A DNA stretch of 64,000 bases from Bacilli bacterium (GCA_017651165.1 JAGCDH010000015.1:13748-77747); one strand, 5' to 3'; shown: positions 47,864 to 58,450, numbered from the stretch's first letter. Numbers and translations: made by a program. The notes: generated from the letters alone by a model not told the origin.

Positions 47864-48363
47864 TATTTATCTCTTTCTGAAATAACGCTGGCTTCGCTAG
47901 GCCATTTAATCCCAAATCTTGGATCGTTATATTTATAAGTGAATTGTTTAAATTCACCATAATATGTCGATTGTTTATACGAATAAACCGCTTCATCACT
48001 CAAAACAAAATAACCATTTCCGTACATTGGTGGAATATATAATTGATGTTTGTTTTCAGACGACAAAATAAATGATTCCCATTTACCAAAATCAGGAGAA
48101 TTCTCATCACAATTTAAGATGACAGCATAAACTTTTCCATACACGCATTGCACCAATTTATAAGTACCAGCATCACCGTGCATGCCTTTAAGAACTCCTT
48201 GAATGGATTTAGAAATATCATCTTGAACAAAGTCGGCCGTTAGTCCAGCTTCTTTATATTCTTTTTCATTATATGTTTCATAAAAATTTCCACGTGCATC
48301 TTCGTGGACAGATGGTTTAACTAAGTATACCCCTTTTAATGTTGTCTCTTCAAAAACAAGCAT
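47863..48363 (-). CDS. RmlC-like sugar-nucleotide 3,5-epimerase (cupin)
   Basis: HEDARGNFYETY...FVQDDISKSIQGVLKGMHG matches the dTDP-4-dehydrorhamnose 3,5-epimerase family pattern; 166 aa. Confidence 0.7.
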   Translation of the reverse strand: MLVFEETTLKGVYLVKPSVHEDARGNFYETYNEKEYKEAGLTADFVQDDISKSIQGVLKGMHGDAGTYKLVQCVYGKVYAVILNCDENSPDFGKWESFILSSENKHQLYIPPMYGNGYFVLSDEAVYSYKQSTYYGEFKQFTYKYNDPRFGIKWPSEASVISERDK

Positions 48364-48375
48364 AGTATTTCTCCT

Positions 48376-49278
48376 TTATATTTGTATCCAATATGGCGGA
48401 ATAATGTCAATCTGATCGCCGTTTTTAAACCATTCTTTTGGAGCAATCACAACCTTTTCTTTATTTTCTATCAGCCACGCGCCCCAAAAATTAAATGTTG
48501 AATTAGAAATAATGGCGTGTTTGCACGAAGCCATAACAAACAATTCTTCAAAATTATTAAAGATGAGGCTCTTGTCTCTATATTCAATCTGCCTCTTACT
48601 AATCCCGAGGATTTCAAAATTAAGGTTATCTTTTACCCATTCGATATCATCTGAAAAGATAACAAAAAATGGGTTCTCGACTTTTTCATTAATAATTCGT
48701 ACTGCTTCTTCATAGTAATGAATTGATGGTGCTCCCCACATTTTTAATGACTTGGATGATTTTGCATAATCGCCTCTTCTAACTCCAACAAATACACTAT
48801 TAAGCCGTTTGTAACGCTCAGTTGATTCTTTTGTCAGTGAGGATAAACCATTTTTAGGTTGAAAATCCTTGAGAATAATTCCATTAACAGGCTCCAAATA
48901 TTTCCAAGACTGCCAATATCCATCAAAATAAGAATACTTCAAGATTGAGTCGACATCTACAAACTGTCTGTTTTTTTCGAAATAGTATTTTTTATTGAAA
49001 AGCGCCTGCATACCAGCAACAAATCTGTGCAAAAAATGATGCGGTTGAAAACTGTTGTACGGGACCCCTATTCTTTTTAAATCCTTTTTCGATGCAATTG
49101 TAAAATCTACCGATAACATTTGTAGACCGTTTTCTAGATATTTTTTAACATTTTTGCGTGAAAAATATGATGTGTCAATCAACACATTATCCAATCCATA
49201 TTTTGTTTCAAGCAACTTGCAAAAAGCATATTGAAACATTTGGTTTCCTAATCCCGCTTTCAATTTGACTATTTTCAT
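48376..49278 (-). CDS. glycosyltransferase family 11 (alpha-1,2-fucosyltransferase-like)
   Basis: AGLGNQMFQYAF and VGVRRGDY (GT11 motifs). Confidence 0.8.
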   Translation of the reverse strand: MKIVKLKAGLGNQMFQYAFCKLLETKYGLDNVLIDTSYFSRKNVKKYLENGLQMLSVDFTIASKKDLKRIGVPYNSFQPHHFLHRFVAGMQALFNKKYYFEKNRQFVDVDSILKYSYFDGYWQSWKYLEPVNGIILKDFQPKNGLSSLTKESTERYKRLNSVFVGVRRGDYAKSSKSLKMWGAPSIHYYEEAVRIINEKVENPFFVIFSDDIEWVKDNLNFEILGISKRQIEYRDKSLIFNNFEELFVMASCKHAIISNSTFNFWGAWLIENKEKVVIAPKEWFKNGDQIDIIPPYWIQI

Positions 49279-49295
49279 ATTATTGCATTTAAAAA

Positions 49296-50312
49296 CTAAT
49301 GTAGATCAGATTCAACCATCATTTTAACTAATTCTTCAAAAGATGTCTTGTTTGGATTCCAACCCAGGACGCTTTTAGCTTTTGTGGGATTTCCCCATAA
49401 GTTAACAACATCGGTTGGCCGATAATATTTAGGCGATACACAAACTAGCATTCTTCCAGTTGCCTTGTCATAGCCTTTTTCATCAACACCATTCCCTCGC
49501 CACTCAATTTCGATTCCAGCATAATGAAAAGCCAATGTGCAAAACTCTCTTACGGTATGTTGAACCCCTGTGGCAATAACAAAATCATCAGGGTCGTTTT
49601 GTTGAAGCATTAACCACATACACTCAACATAATCTTTCGCGTATCCCCAGTCTCGCAAAGAATCCAAATTTCCCAATTCTAAGTGTTCTTGCTCCCCCTT
49701 TTTGATTTTGTTAATTGCCAAAGTAATTTTTCGAGTGACAAAATGTTCTCCGCGTCTAGGAGATTCATGATTAAAAAGGATACCATTAACAGCAAAGATG
49801 TCATACGCCTCTCTATATTCCTTACAAATCCAATAGCCATATTGTTTGGCAACAGCATAAGGGCTGTAAGGATGAAATGGGGTGGTTTCGCTTTGCGGTA
49901 CCTCTTCAACTTTACCAAATAGTTCAGAGGTTGATGCTTGATATAATTTTGTCTTTTTCTCAAGCCGCAATATTCTAATTGCTTCCAATAGCCTTAAAAC
50001 CCCAATAGCGTCGACATCTCCTGTATATTCTGGCACATCAAACGAAGTGCCCACATGAGATTGAGCAGCAAGATTATATATTTCGTCTGGTTGGATTTCG
50101 CCGATAAGTCTAATCAAACAGGAAGAGTCGGTTAAATCTCCGTCATGAATTGTAATTGATCCATTTGCCAATAAGTGATCTATTTTGGAAGTATTTGAAA
50201 CAGAAGACCTCCTAACAATCCCATGAACCTCATAATCCTTTTCTAGTAAAAATTCTGCTAAATAAGAACCATCTTGGCCATTAATGCCAGTAATTAACGC
50301 TTTCTTTTTCAT
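49296..50312 (-). CDS. gmd: GDP-mannose 4,6-dehydratase
   Basis: [26 protein letters not shown] (YxxxK), NHESPRRG. The track start at 50342 is TTG, so ATG at 50312 with an AAGGAG upstream was chosen. Confidence 0.9.
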   Translation of the reverse strand: MKKKALITGINGQDGSYLAEFLLEKDYEVHGIVRRSSVSNTSKIDHLLANGSITIHDGDLTDSSCLIRLIGEIQPDEIYNLAAQSHVGTSFDVPEYTGDVDAIGVLRLLEAIRILRLEKKTKLYQASTSELFGKVEEVPQSETTPFHPYSPYAVAKQYGYWICKEYREAYDIFAVNGILFNHESPRRGEHFVTRKITLAINKIKKGEQEHLELGNLDSLRDWGYAKDYVECMWLMLQQNDPDDFVIATGVQHTVREFCTLAFHYAGIEIEWRGNGVDEKGYDKATGRMLVCVSPKYYRPTDVVNLWGNPTKAKSVLGWNPNKTSFEELVKMMVESDLH

Positions 50313-50355
50313 GTGACAAAAATGTCTCCTTTCACAGCGCAATGCATATAATAAA

Positions 50356-51918
50356 TTAAATATTGTTTCTCGAAAACTTCGATTTTATTATTCTAAAAAC
50401 ACCGATAAACTCCTTCTGTTTCAAAAGAATTAAAAACAGTGAATTCAAGACCAAAAAGATCAATGAGTAAGCTAGGAGAGAAATCAGCCGATTAGAAATT
50501 GGATTAAAGTGTTTTAAAAGCAAAATGTATAGGCAAGATAAAATAGCCGAACATATTACTTTGAAAATATTTAAAAAAGTTGAACGATTTAGTAATTTTG
50601 AATGGGTATGCTTTTTTAAAGTAAAAAGGAGAAAAACCGAAACAAGCATCAAAGATATAGAAGTAGCAATCGCAATTCCTAAAACGCCAACAAACCTGGA
50701 AAAAACCAAACTCAAAAACGTATTTACGACCACCGCACCAATACTACCTATCATTGGCCAAAAAGTGTCCGAGAACGCATAATGTATTTTAGAAATGACT
50801 TCATATAATGCCAAAAAAACAAAACCAATCGCATATCCCATGGCAACTTGATAAACTTTTGCCGAATCAGAAGAAACAAATTTTCCTCTTTCAAAAAACG
50901 CAGAAACCAATTCTCTACCAACAGCTACATATAGTCCAACAATAGTAAAAATAATTATACAAACGAATGACAAGATAGTACGGATGGTTTCAATAATTTC
51001 GTCGTTTGTTGTTCTTGAAACTATTTTCTTAGTTAAATTAGGAAGAAGGATAGTGCTTATTACCAATATGACCGCCGCGTTAACAATGTCGTTACTGATA
51101 ACTTGACCATAATACAAAACAGATACACTACCAGTCTCCATACTAGAAGCAATGATTCGATCAATCAAATGTCCGAAATCAATTATTGACACGCTTATTA
51201 GCAAAGGAACAAATTTTTTTAATAAAAATAAGAAGTCTTTATTTTTGAACGGATTAACAAACCTAAATCTAAATCTCCTGTTCACAAAAAACAGCATTAC
51301 AACGCAATGAACAAGATAACTTGCGAGCAAACCAATCAAGATAGACACTATTCCAAGCGAATTACGAAAGGCTACAACAAAGCCAATCATTAAAGCGCTG
51401 ATGATAAAACTAAATATTTTGCCCGGCAAAAAAATGTGTTTTGATTCCAAGAAGCCTTGAGAAACACCTGTAATAGAAGACAAAAAGATTACTGGGCATA
51501 GAGAAATTAAATATATCCTGAGCGTGTTTTTTTGATCCAAAGAATAAGAAAAGCCAATCAAGTTAGAAATAAGCGGCGATAACAAAACACTAATTCCACA
51601 TATTACAAAGGCAACAAGCGGAAAAAAAATGAAAGCAGATCTCACAAGATTAACCGCCTCTTCTTTTTTGTTTTCTTCATCCAAGGAGATGGTGTTAGTA
51701 AGAACTGCTGGACTTATAGATTGATTAGTAATCTGTCCAAACATTGACGTGTATCCATCTGCGGCAAACAGAACATCTGTGCTGCCGTCTGCCCCAAAAG
51801 CCCAAGCAATAACGGCTTGTTTGACAAAGCCTAAAGCTTTTCCAATTAGAACAAAAAAGCTAATCAAAAAACCTTTTTTAATATCATTGTTTATTTCGCT
51901 ATTCTTTTTTTCTTCCAT
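50356..51918 (-). CDS. MOP-superfamily flippase (MurJ/Wzx-like)
   Basis: About 14 TM helices; N-terminal [28 protein letters not shown] resembles MurJ. Confidence 0.7.
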   Translation of the reverse strand: MEEKKNSEINNDIKKGFLISFFVLIGKALGFVKQAVIAWAFGADGSTDVLFAADGYTSMFGQITNQSISPAVLTNTISLDEENKKEEAVNLVRSAFIFFPLVAFVICGISVLLSPLISNLIGFSYSLDQKNTLRIYLISLCPVIFLSSITGVSQGFLESKHIFLPGKIFSFIISALMIGFVVAFRNSLGIVSILIGLLASYLVHCVVMLFFVNRRFRFRFVNPFKNKDFLFLLKKFVPLLISVSIIDFGHLIDRIIASSMETGSVSVLYYGQVISNDIVNAAVILVISTILLPNLTKKIVSRTTNDEIIETIRTILSFVCIIIFTIVGLYVAVGRELVSAFFERGKFVSSDSAKVYQVAMGYAIGFVFLALYEVISKIHYAFSDTFWPMIGSIGAVVVNTFLSLVFSRFVGVLGIAIATSISLMLVSVFLLFTLKKHTHSKLLNRSTFLNIFKVICSAILSCLYILLLKHFNPISNRLISLLAYSLIFLVLNSLFLILLKQKEFIGVFRIIKSKFSRNNI

Positions 51919-51933
51919 AATCACATAATGAGC

Positions 51934-53265
51934 CTATCGCCGAATAAGTATCTTGTTGTTCTTTGCAATGCCGATGATAATCCAAAAAACTGGATTAAAA
52001 TAGTTAGACTGCAAAAACCAAAAGAAAAGTGAGACAACAAATAAAATTGAATATCTAAGCCAACGATTGCGTTGAGAATTGCCTGAATACAAGAATAACA
52101 AAAAGAAAACCACAAAGACACCTATGGTGCCAATGAGGTTTGGTATATAGGCTTGCGCATCAAGAGCGGCATCTAAACCGGTGGTATAAAGAAAATGGCC
52201 GTTTTGAGTAACGTCGATGTGAAAAGAATTGGCAATAGACAACCATCTTTCAGTTAATCCGCCATAGCCGGCTCCAAACGGCCACATAAAAATTGAGAGA
52301 ATGTAGATTACATTTATAAGTAGTCTAAAACCGCCAGATGCATCAGCAAAAAACAAAGTATCAATCAATCCATTTGTTTTAACAGATTGAACAATACTAC
52401 TTAGTGCTTGCAAGAACCTATTGTTTGTCTGAGGTATTGAAACGTTCATCATCAAGTAAAACATTAACGGCAAAACTATAAGCGCTAGGCAAATCAAAAC
52501 TGATATTATCTTCTTTTTTGAAAAAAAGCGAATTAACCTTTGCCCTATATAAATAATTATGAACAAATACACGAAGGCTGATTTCGTCATCAGACCCATC
52601 AAGACAACCATTAATCTATACAACACGCTCTGCCTATTCGAAAACTTATTCAAACCATTCAAATAATCAATTGAAAACATTAAAAGAATAGCAAAGTATA
52701 CAAAATAACTTGGTTCAGTAGTCAAAATACAAAGACCTCTAGAACCTTCTCCGAAGATATACCTATCAAAAAAACTATTGTAAATAATGTCTAACAGATT
52801 ATTGAGAACTGGAACCCTCAAAAACTCAATAATAGCAACAGCAAATAAAACAAATAGTACAAATTTTACACTTTTAGGGCTTAGATAATGGGAGTTCTTT
52901 AAAAACAAGAGATATGCTAAAGGCAAAACCAACAATCTCAGGGAATACAAGAATACCTTTGATATATCCTGCTTAAAAACCAAAAAAGACAATAGCCCAT
53001 AGATTAAAAGAACAAACCAAAATAGGATTAAAAACTTTTCGCTTTGAGAAAGCCTGTTCTTGCTCCTCAAACTAGCAAAAAGCATAATAGGCGTAAGCGC
53101 CAAAATAGCTAAAGGCTGGGTTTCAGCATTTAAAGGAGTTAACCTAAAATACATAAACAACACGCTTATGTAGGCCAAATTGAAGACATAATAATTTAAA
53201 TTAAAACCCTTCGCTAAAGTAAAGCTTAAATCATTTTTGGTCCTTGTTAAACATATCTGGATCAT
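51934..53265 (-). CDS. polytopic membrane protein, probable O-antigen/EPS polymerase (Wzy-like)
   Basis: 443 aa, at least 10 TM helices with a large loop. The call rests on its position between the flippase and the GT2 gene; there is no diagnostic motif. Confidence 0.5.
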   Translation of the reverse strand: MIQICLTRTKNDLSFTLAKGFNLNYYVFNLAYISVLFMYFRLTPLNAETQPLAILALTPIMLFASLRSKNRLSQSEKFLILFWFVLLIYGLLSFLVFKQDISKVFLYSLRLLVLPLAYLLFLKNSHYLSPKSVKFVLFVLFAVAIIEFLRVPVLNNLLDIIYNSFFDRYIFGEGSRGLCILTTEPSYFVYFAILLMFSIDYLNGLNKFSNRQSVLYRLMVVLMGLMTKSAFVYLFIIIYIGQRLIRFFSKKKIISVLICLALIVLPLMFYLMMNVSIPQTNNRFLQALSSIVQSVKTNGLIDTLFFADASGGFRLLINVIYILSIFMWPFGAGYGGLTERWLSIANSFHIDVTQNGHFLYTTGLDAALDAQAYIPNLIGTIGVFVVFFLLFLYSGNSQRNRWLRYSILFVVSLFFWFLQSNYFNPVFWIIIGIAKNNKILIRR

Positions 53266-53289
53266 TTTTAATTGAATCCTTCGATACCA

Positions 53290-54051
53290 TTAATGGTGTT
53301 TGATAATTCCTTTGATGGCGTATAAACAAAAATAGAAGAGACTTTTAATGTAAGAAAAACCAAGAAACTTGCGATAAATGTTCCATTGTTTTTTTGCGGT
53401 CTTTTTTTTGTTAGAACTCAGCGATTTATTACTAATTCGATATGAAGCTAAAGGTTCAGAAACACAGACGGCAACAAAACCTCTTTTCATTAATTCATAC
53501 CAAGTTAGCATATCTTCGCCGTGGTCAAGGTCAGGCATTAAAAAATCTCCAGTAACTGATTTATTTACGACCACAGTAAGGCATCCCATAAAGTTGGATT
53601 TTAGAATTGATTTGTAAGTTGCTTTCTTTGGACATTTGATAAGCTTTGTTGGCTTGCTAGCATCAGAAGAAAAAGTCTCATAATATGAATAAGTGATGGC
53701 TATATTGTTCTCTTCCATAAAACCAATATGCTTGGTTAGTTTGTTTTCCTTCCACAAATCATCACTATCTAAAAAAGCGATGTATTTCCCTTTGGCCGCT
53801 TTAATGCCGTTGTTTCTAGACCGAGCAACACCTTGATTAGATGGGTTATTAATCACAACAATTCTCTTATCTTTTTTGGAATACTCATCGATGATCTTTC
53901 CCGTGGTATCGCTCGAAAAATCGTTGATAATTATCATTTCCCAATTGGAATAGTCTTGTTTAATGACGGAATCTATTGTTGCTTCAATAAACGAGGAAGC
54001 GTTATACGCCGGGGTAATAATAGATACTAAAGGGCAAAAGGAATCTGACAT
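53290..54051 (-). CDS. glycosyltransferase family 2
   Basis: VSIITPAYNASSFIEATIDSVIKQDY...IINDFSSD...FLDSDD. Confidence 0.85.
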   Translation of the reverse strand: MSDSFCPLVSIITPAYNASSFIEATIDSVIKQDYSNWEMIIINDFSSDTTGKIIDEYSKKDKRIVVINNPSNQGVARSRNNGIKAAKGKYIAFLDSDDLWKENKLTKHIGFMEENNIAITYSYYETFSSDASKPTKLIKCPKKATYKSILKSNFMGCLTVVVNKSVTGDFLMPDLDHGEDMLTWYELMKRGFVAVCVSEPLASYRISNKSLSSNKKKTAKKQWNIYRKFLGFSYIKSLFYFCLYAIKGIIKHH

Positions 54052-54052
54052 A

Positions 54053-55456
54053 TCATTTATTTCCGTCCTGAGAGGCTCCTTGCTCGGTTACGCTTGCTGT
54101 AGTTGCGTTATCATCAATACCGCTTGTACTTTCCTTAGAAAATAAAATCTTAACCGTAAATAACATCAACTTGAAATCTTCAATAGGTGACATTCTATTT
54201 ATATACATCAAATCCATCTGCATTTTGTCGTATGGGTCTGTGTTGTAGCGGCCATATACTTGCGCATAGCCAGTTAGGCCCGCTTTAACTTGAAGTCTCA
54301 ACGCAAATGCAGGGATTTCTTTTTCGTATTTTTCGGCGATTTCTGGCCTTTCTGGTCTTGGGCCCACTATTGTCATATCGCCTTTGAGAATATTAAATAA
54401 CTGTGGCAACTCATCTAGCCTTAATTTCCTAATGAATTTGCCAACAGGAGTTATACGATCGTCGTGTTCTGTGGATAACCTAGGTACACCATCTTTTTCA
54501 GCATCTACTCTCATACTTCTAAATTTAAGAATCTTGAATGGCTTTCTATCTTTTGTTAAACGGATGTGGGAATAGAAAACAGGTCCCCTATCGTATAGTT
54601 TGATGATTAAAGCAGTTATCAACATGAATGGAGACAAGGCGATAATCCCAATTAGCGATAACACGATATCAAAGAAACGCTTTAGAAATAGGTAAGCAGG
54701 ATTAGGCGCTACTCTTCTCACGGCAAAAATAGGAGTTGAAAACTGTTGAATGTTTAAACTGCCCATGAGAATAATGTCACCCACATGTGGAGCGAAAAAT
54801 CCTTGAATGCCTTTATCAACGCAGTATTTAGCAATACCGTTTCTCGTTGAAGCTTGTACACCTGCCACAAAGACATTTTCATAGCCATCAATTATTTTGA
54901 CAATTTCTTCAAAATGCATATCGGCAACATTTACTTTTTCTGCAACATTAAATCTCTTGTTGTGTTTATACGCTTCTTTAATCCTCACTAGATCAGCATC
55001 TTTGGTGTAGAGCAAAATAGTTTTCTTTGGTCTGTGTATCTTAAAGTAAATGAAATGAGTCAAATACGTCCAAAGAAAAGAGAATACTAGTGAGGCACCA
55101 AAGAAAGCTAATAGCCATAACGGATTATGGAAATGCGCTCTTCTAATTGTGTGAATGAAATAAGCTAAGCCATATGTACAGAATAACGTTAAAAATTGAG
55201 CGAAGATTAAATCTGTTCTTCTTTGATAGGCAATCTTATAGATACCGTAAACGCCAGCAAAAAAGAAAAAGGCCACAAAGATGACAACGGATAACAAAAT
55301 ATCATATGTCGACATTTGAATACCGTCTTCAATAATGCGAGCATAAAAGAAATACCAACAAGTAATAAATGCTCCATAAACCGCAAAGAAATGAAACCAT
55401 TTGAGCAAAAGCATTAATGTGGATTTCCATAAAGAACGTTTTTTAGGTTGATTCAT
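54053..55456 (-). CDS. polyprenyl-phosphate glycosyl-1-phosphate transferase (WbaP/CpsE-like initiating transferase)
   Basis: N-terminal TM block plus C-terminal bacterial sugar transferase domain (KFRSM...DELPQLFNILKGDMTIVGPRPERP). Confidence 0.85.
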   Translation of the reverse strand: MNQPKKRSLWKSTLMLLLKWFHFFAVYGAFITCWYFFYARIIEDGIQMSTYDILLSVVIFVAFFFFAGVYGIYKIAYQRRTDLIFAQFLTLFCTYGLAYFIHTIRRAHFHNPLWLLAFFGASLVFSFLWTYLTHFIYFKIHRPKKTILLYTKDADLVRIKEAYKHNKRFNVAEKVNVADMHFEEIVKIIDGYENVFVAGVQASTRNGIAKYCVDKGIQGFFAPHVGDIILMGSLNIQQFSTPIFAVRRVAPNPAYLFLKRFFDIVLSLIGIIALSPFMLITALIIKLYDRGPVFYSHIRLTKDRKPFKILKFRSMRVDAEKDGVPRLSTEHDDRITPVGKFIRKLRLDELPQLFNILKGDMTIVGPRPERPEIAEKYEKEIPAFALRLQVKAGLTGYAQVYGRYNTDPYDKMQMDLMYINRMSPIEDFKLMLFTVKILFSKESTSGIDDNATTASVTEQGASQDGNK

Positions 55457-55510
55457 AAAACAAAACTCCTAAACAGTAGTTTGAAAAAATAAACAGGATG
55501 CAATCTTAAA

Positions 55511-56842
55511 TCAAGCAATTCTCTTCTGCTTTCTTATAGCACGAGTCAAATAATAGATAGAAATACCTAACATGGTGATGAGCATAATTGGAAGGGCTAC
55601 TTTGATGGCGTGAACAATAAAGCTCACGGATAACAAGGAACTAGATTGATATCTGACTTGACCTTTAGCGATAACACCTTCGCCCATATATTTAGCGTTA
55701 TAAGCGTTGAGTAAATTTTCAAAATCAGCTTCTAATTGTTCATATTTGGTCTTAATGTTACCAATACGAATAGTAACATTGCTAATCTCTTGAGCGGTGA
55801 CATTATCAATCTTATTTCTTAAGAGAGTGATATCGTTGATTTCTGCAAGGAGAGAAGCAACGGTATTTTCTAAAGAGAGTTTTCTATTAACTAAAGCATC
55901 ATATGTTTCCGCGGAGTTATTGCCCACCGGAACGATGGTTTCACCATTCGCAACATAGACTGTCTTATCAATGGTATAAGTATTGAGTTCAGTGGAAACC
56001 GCTTGTAAGTCTTTTTCATACTTATCGTAGTCTTTTTGTAAGAGCTCTAATTGATAGTTATAGTAATCTTTCAATCTTTGAGGATTCTTAGTGACAGACT
56101 TTAAGTTGATATAGTCCGCAATAGTATTTAAGTTTTCGATGTATTGATTACCAATCGCATTGAGATCTCTAAATGACACATCATTCACTGAGAAATCATT
56201 GTGTCTAGCGTGTAATTCGTTACCGAAATTCATAATGACACTGATCTTTCTTGAAAGAAGTTGTGTTTGATATGAATAATCATAAGCATCAAACTCTAAT
56301 AATTCATCAAAGGCAGTTTTATCAAGAGTATTAGTATAGACATCATTGAATTTAGCGACATACTCATCAACGAGGTTCTTCACTAATTCATTGAGTTTAC
56401 CTTGTGAGACGCCCAAGTCTTGATAGACCACGATACGATATCTGACTGGGTGATAATCCTTAGTGGTAATCTTATCTGTTGATGGATTTTGGACATCTAA
56501 GATAGATTCATATGAATTAATTTCTTTGACAATGTTCTTTGGGACAACGTTTTCAATAGCGATGTATTGTTTGACCGCTTCCACGTCAAAGTTAGCGTCA
56601 ACGAGTTCGCTCTTTTGGAATGCGGATGTAATAACATCATCAGTCATGAAGTTACGCGCATCAAAGGAACGACCATTTGGATCTAAGCCATCAGAAGCAC
56701 CATCGTGGTTGAATTGGACAGTCGCCGCGGCATAGCTTAATTGTTTATTTGGACCTTTAAAGTCGACCGCAGAGGCGATTAAGGAAACAAGTCCTGCGCC
56801 TAAAAAGATGAATAATGGAATATAAATGTGTTTGTTTTTCAT
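55511..56842 (-). CDS. polysaccharide co-polymerase (Wzz/chain-length determinant-like) membrane protein
   Basis: TM helices at both ends flank a long coiled-coil-rich ectodomain. ATG at 56842 lies 1 nt after the upstream stop (TAATATG). Confidence 0.5.
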   Translation of the reverse strand: MKNKHIYIPLFIFLGAGLVSLIASAVDFKGPNKQLSYAAATVQFNHDGASDGLDPNGRSFDARNFMTDDVITSAFQKSELVDANFDVEAVKQYIAIENVVPKNIVKEINSYESILDVQNPSTDKITTKDYHPVRYRIVVYQDLGVSQGKLNELVKNLVDEYVAKFNDVYTNTLDKTAFDELLEFDAYDYSYQTQLLSRKISVIMNFGNELHARHNDFSVNDVSFRDLNAIGNQYIENLNTIADYINLKSVTKNPQRLKDYYNYQLELLQKDYDKYEKDLQAVSTELNTYTIDKTVYVANGETIVPVGNNSAETYDALVNRKLSLENTVASLLAEINDITLLRNKIDNVTAQEISNVTIRIGNIKTKYEQLEADFENLLNAYNAKYMGEGVIAKGQVRYQSSSLLSVSFIVHAIKVALPIMLITMLGISIYYLTRAIRKQKRIA

Positions 56843-56843
56843 A

Positions 56844-58373
56844 TTAGGCATCCTCCTCCATTTCTTCGTTGGCTTTCTTGACCGCTTTGAATTCGAGGAC
56901 GAAAGCATCCACGACCCAAATAGCGACGCCTAAGAATAAGCCTAAGGCTGCCCCTAAAACGAATTTCTTTAAGTTATCCTTGAGTGATTCGCTTTCATAA
57001 GTAGTGACAGCGTGCATATATCTATTTTGATAAGCATTGCTATTAAAGAGTTCTTTACTGTTTTCAGTAGCGATATTGAAGAGGTTTTTAGTTCTCGCTA
57101 AGATTTCAGTAATTTCCTCTTCCACTGCCGCGATTTCCGCAGGAGTTGGTTCAGCACCATTTGTTAATAAATCAATACGGAAGTCGATGACGGCTAATTG
57201 TTCTTCTAAGGCTGATTTTTGATTGAGGAGATCAAGACGTTCAAGAAGGAGTTGGTTATAGCCTTCACTCTTCATCGTATATGTCTTGGTTTCACCACCT
57301 GCTTGAGTGGTTGTGACTTCGACATATTTATTTGGATATCTATCAATTTCATCATCTTTCTTATCAATGTTGGTTTGGCACACTGTTAAGGCAGAGGCCA
57401 CGCCCATTCTTTGATTTTGATAAGAAGAGACTAAAACATCTCTATCTTTACAAACATTGTTTAAGTAGATGTATGAATATAAATCTTCAATACTTGCTGA
57501 TCTAAGAGTGCCAATCATACCCGCTAAGTCAGAGAATGACAAACCGTTATCGCTGCCTCTGAAACCAGCCATTAAGCCCGCTCTATTGTTGCAGTAGGCT
57601 TGTAAGTTAGTTAAGGAACTAGAAGCTTTGTCTAAGAGTTCAAGATAGTCTAAGAATTCAACGTTAATCGCATCGACTTCGTTAACTGGTAATTCAATAT
57701 CTTGATATGTTTCAACAAAGTAATCGTTATACGCAATGGTGACCGCATTAAGTAAGTGTGAAAGGTCACTACTACTTAATTTGATTTTGCTTCTTCCTTC
57801 ACCAAAGGAGTTATTTAAAGAAACAATGTATTGGGCTCTGTATTTCTTAGTGAATTCCGCGAGCATTTTAGAGAAATCATTATTCTTGACCTCTTCTAAC
57901 TTATTGATGATTTCCATTTGTTGTCTGGTTTCATCAGTTAAGATACCAGTAATCACTAAGTTAGATTGGACTTGAGCAGTACTCACTTCTTTAGAAAGAG
58001 TGACACTGTTTAAAGCGTTTTGGACGATGTATGACGATTTGAGATAAGTGATATCAAGACCGGAGCCATCTGGCGCTAATCCGGCATCAGCACCGCCATA
58101 ATCGAGTCCTAAGACCGCGACAGCGGATTCTTGCTTATCTTTAAATGTGTACATGAGTGTTGGGGCTAATAAACCAGCGAATAAGCCGATTAACATGACC
58201 CACACATAAATGTGGAACCTTTGCTTCAAGCGTGAAAAAACATTCATGATAGAGATGCCTTTTGGTTCATCTTTATCAGAATTGTTGATGTAAAGATCAA
58301 TCTTCTTGCTGTCCGCTAAAGATTCGTTTTGCTGTTCTTTGGCCTTTAATTCTTCATCATTACTTTTAGGCAT
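56844..58373 (-). CDS. polysaccharide co-polymerase (Wzz/chain-length determinant-like) membrane protein
   Basis: N-terminal Wzz-type segment (ISIMNVFSRLKQRFHIYVWVMLIGLFAGLL), C-terminal TM, helical ectodomain. Strong GAGGAGG RBS. Confidence 0.55.
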   Translation of the reverse strand: MPKSNDEELKAKEQQNESLADSKKIDLYINNSDKDEPKGISIMNVFSRLKQRFHIYVWVMLIGLFAGLLAPTLMYTFKDKQESAVAVLGLDYGGADAGLAPDGSGLDITYLKSSYIVQNALNSVTLSKEVSTAQVQSNLVITGILTDETRQQMEIINKLEEVKNNDFSKMLAEFTKKYRAQYIVSLNNSFGEGRSKIKLSSSDLSHLLNAVTIAYNDYFVETYQDIELPVNEVDAINVEFLDYLELLDKASSSLTNLQAYCNNRAGLMAGFRGSDNGLSFSDLAGMIGTLRSASIEDLYSYIYLNNVCKDRDVLVSSYQNQRMGVASALTVCQTNIDKKDDEIDRYPNKYVEVTTTQAGGETKTYTMKSEGYNQLLLERLDLLNQKSALEEQLAVIDFRIDLLTNGAEPTPAEIAAVEEEITEILARTKNLFNIATENSKELFNSNAYQNRYMHAVTTYESESLKDNLKKFVLGAALGLFLGVAIWVVDAFVLEFKAVKKANEEMEEDA

Positions 58374-58450
58374 ATAGTACTTACCTCCTCTTCTTCAGCA
58401 AATCTTTTTAGCTTTATTTTATATTAATTTTATTAATATGTTTAACTACG

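Noticed and set aside
51921-52121. 66-aa ORF overlapping the 3' end of the Wzy-like gene and the flippase start.
   Set aside because: It is entirely within the Wzy-like ORF in another frame and has no independent support.
1175-57975. Dozens of 60-170 aa ORFs in the six-frame track that lie antisense to or inside long genes (for example 1175-1411, 3562-3750, 8516-8830, 12173-12502, 13412-13813, 19345-19653, 38714-39223, 41622-42020, 43077-43427, 57736-57975).
   Set aside because: Each is fully embedded in a longer ORF with clear family motifs on the opposite strand or in another frame. Their low-complexity Ser/Leu/Phe-rich translations are typical of antisense frames of AT-rich genes, and they lack RBS support.
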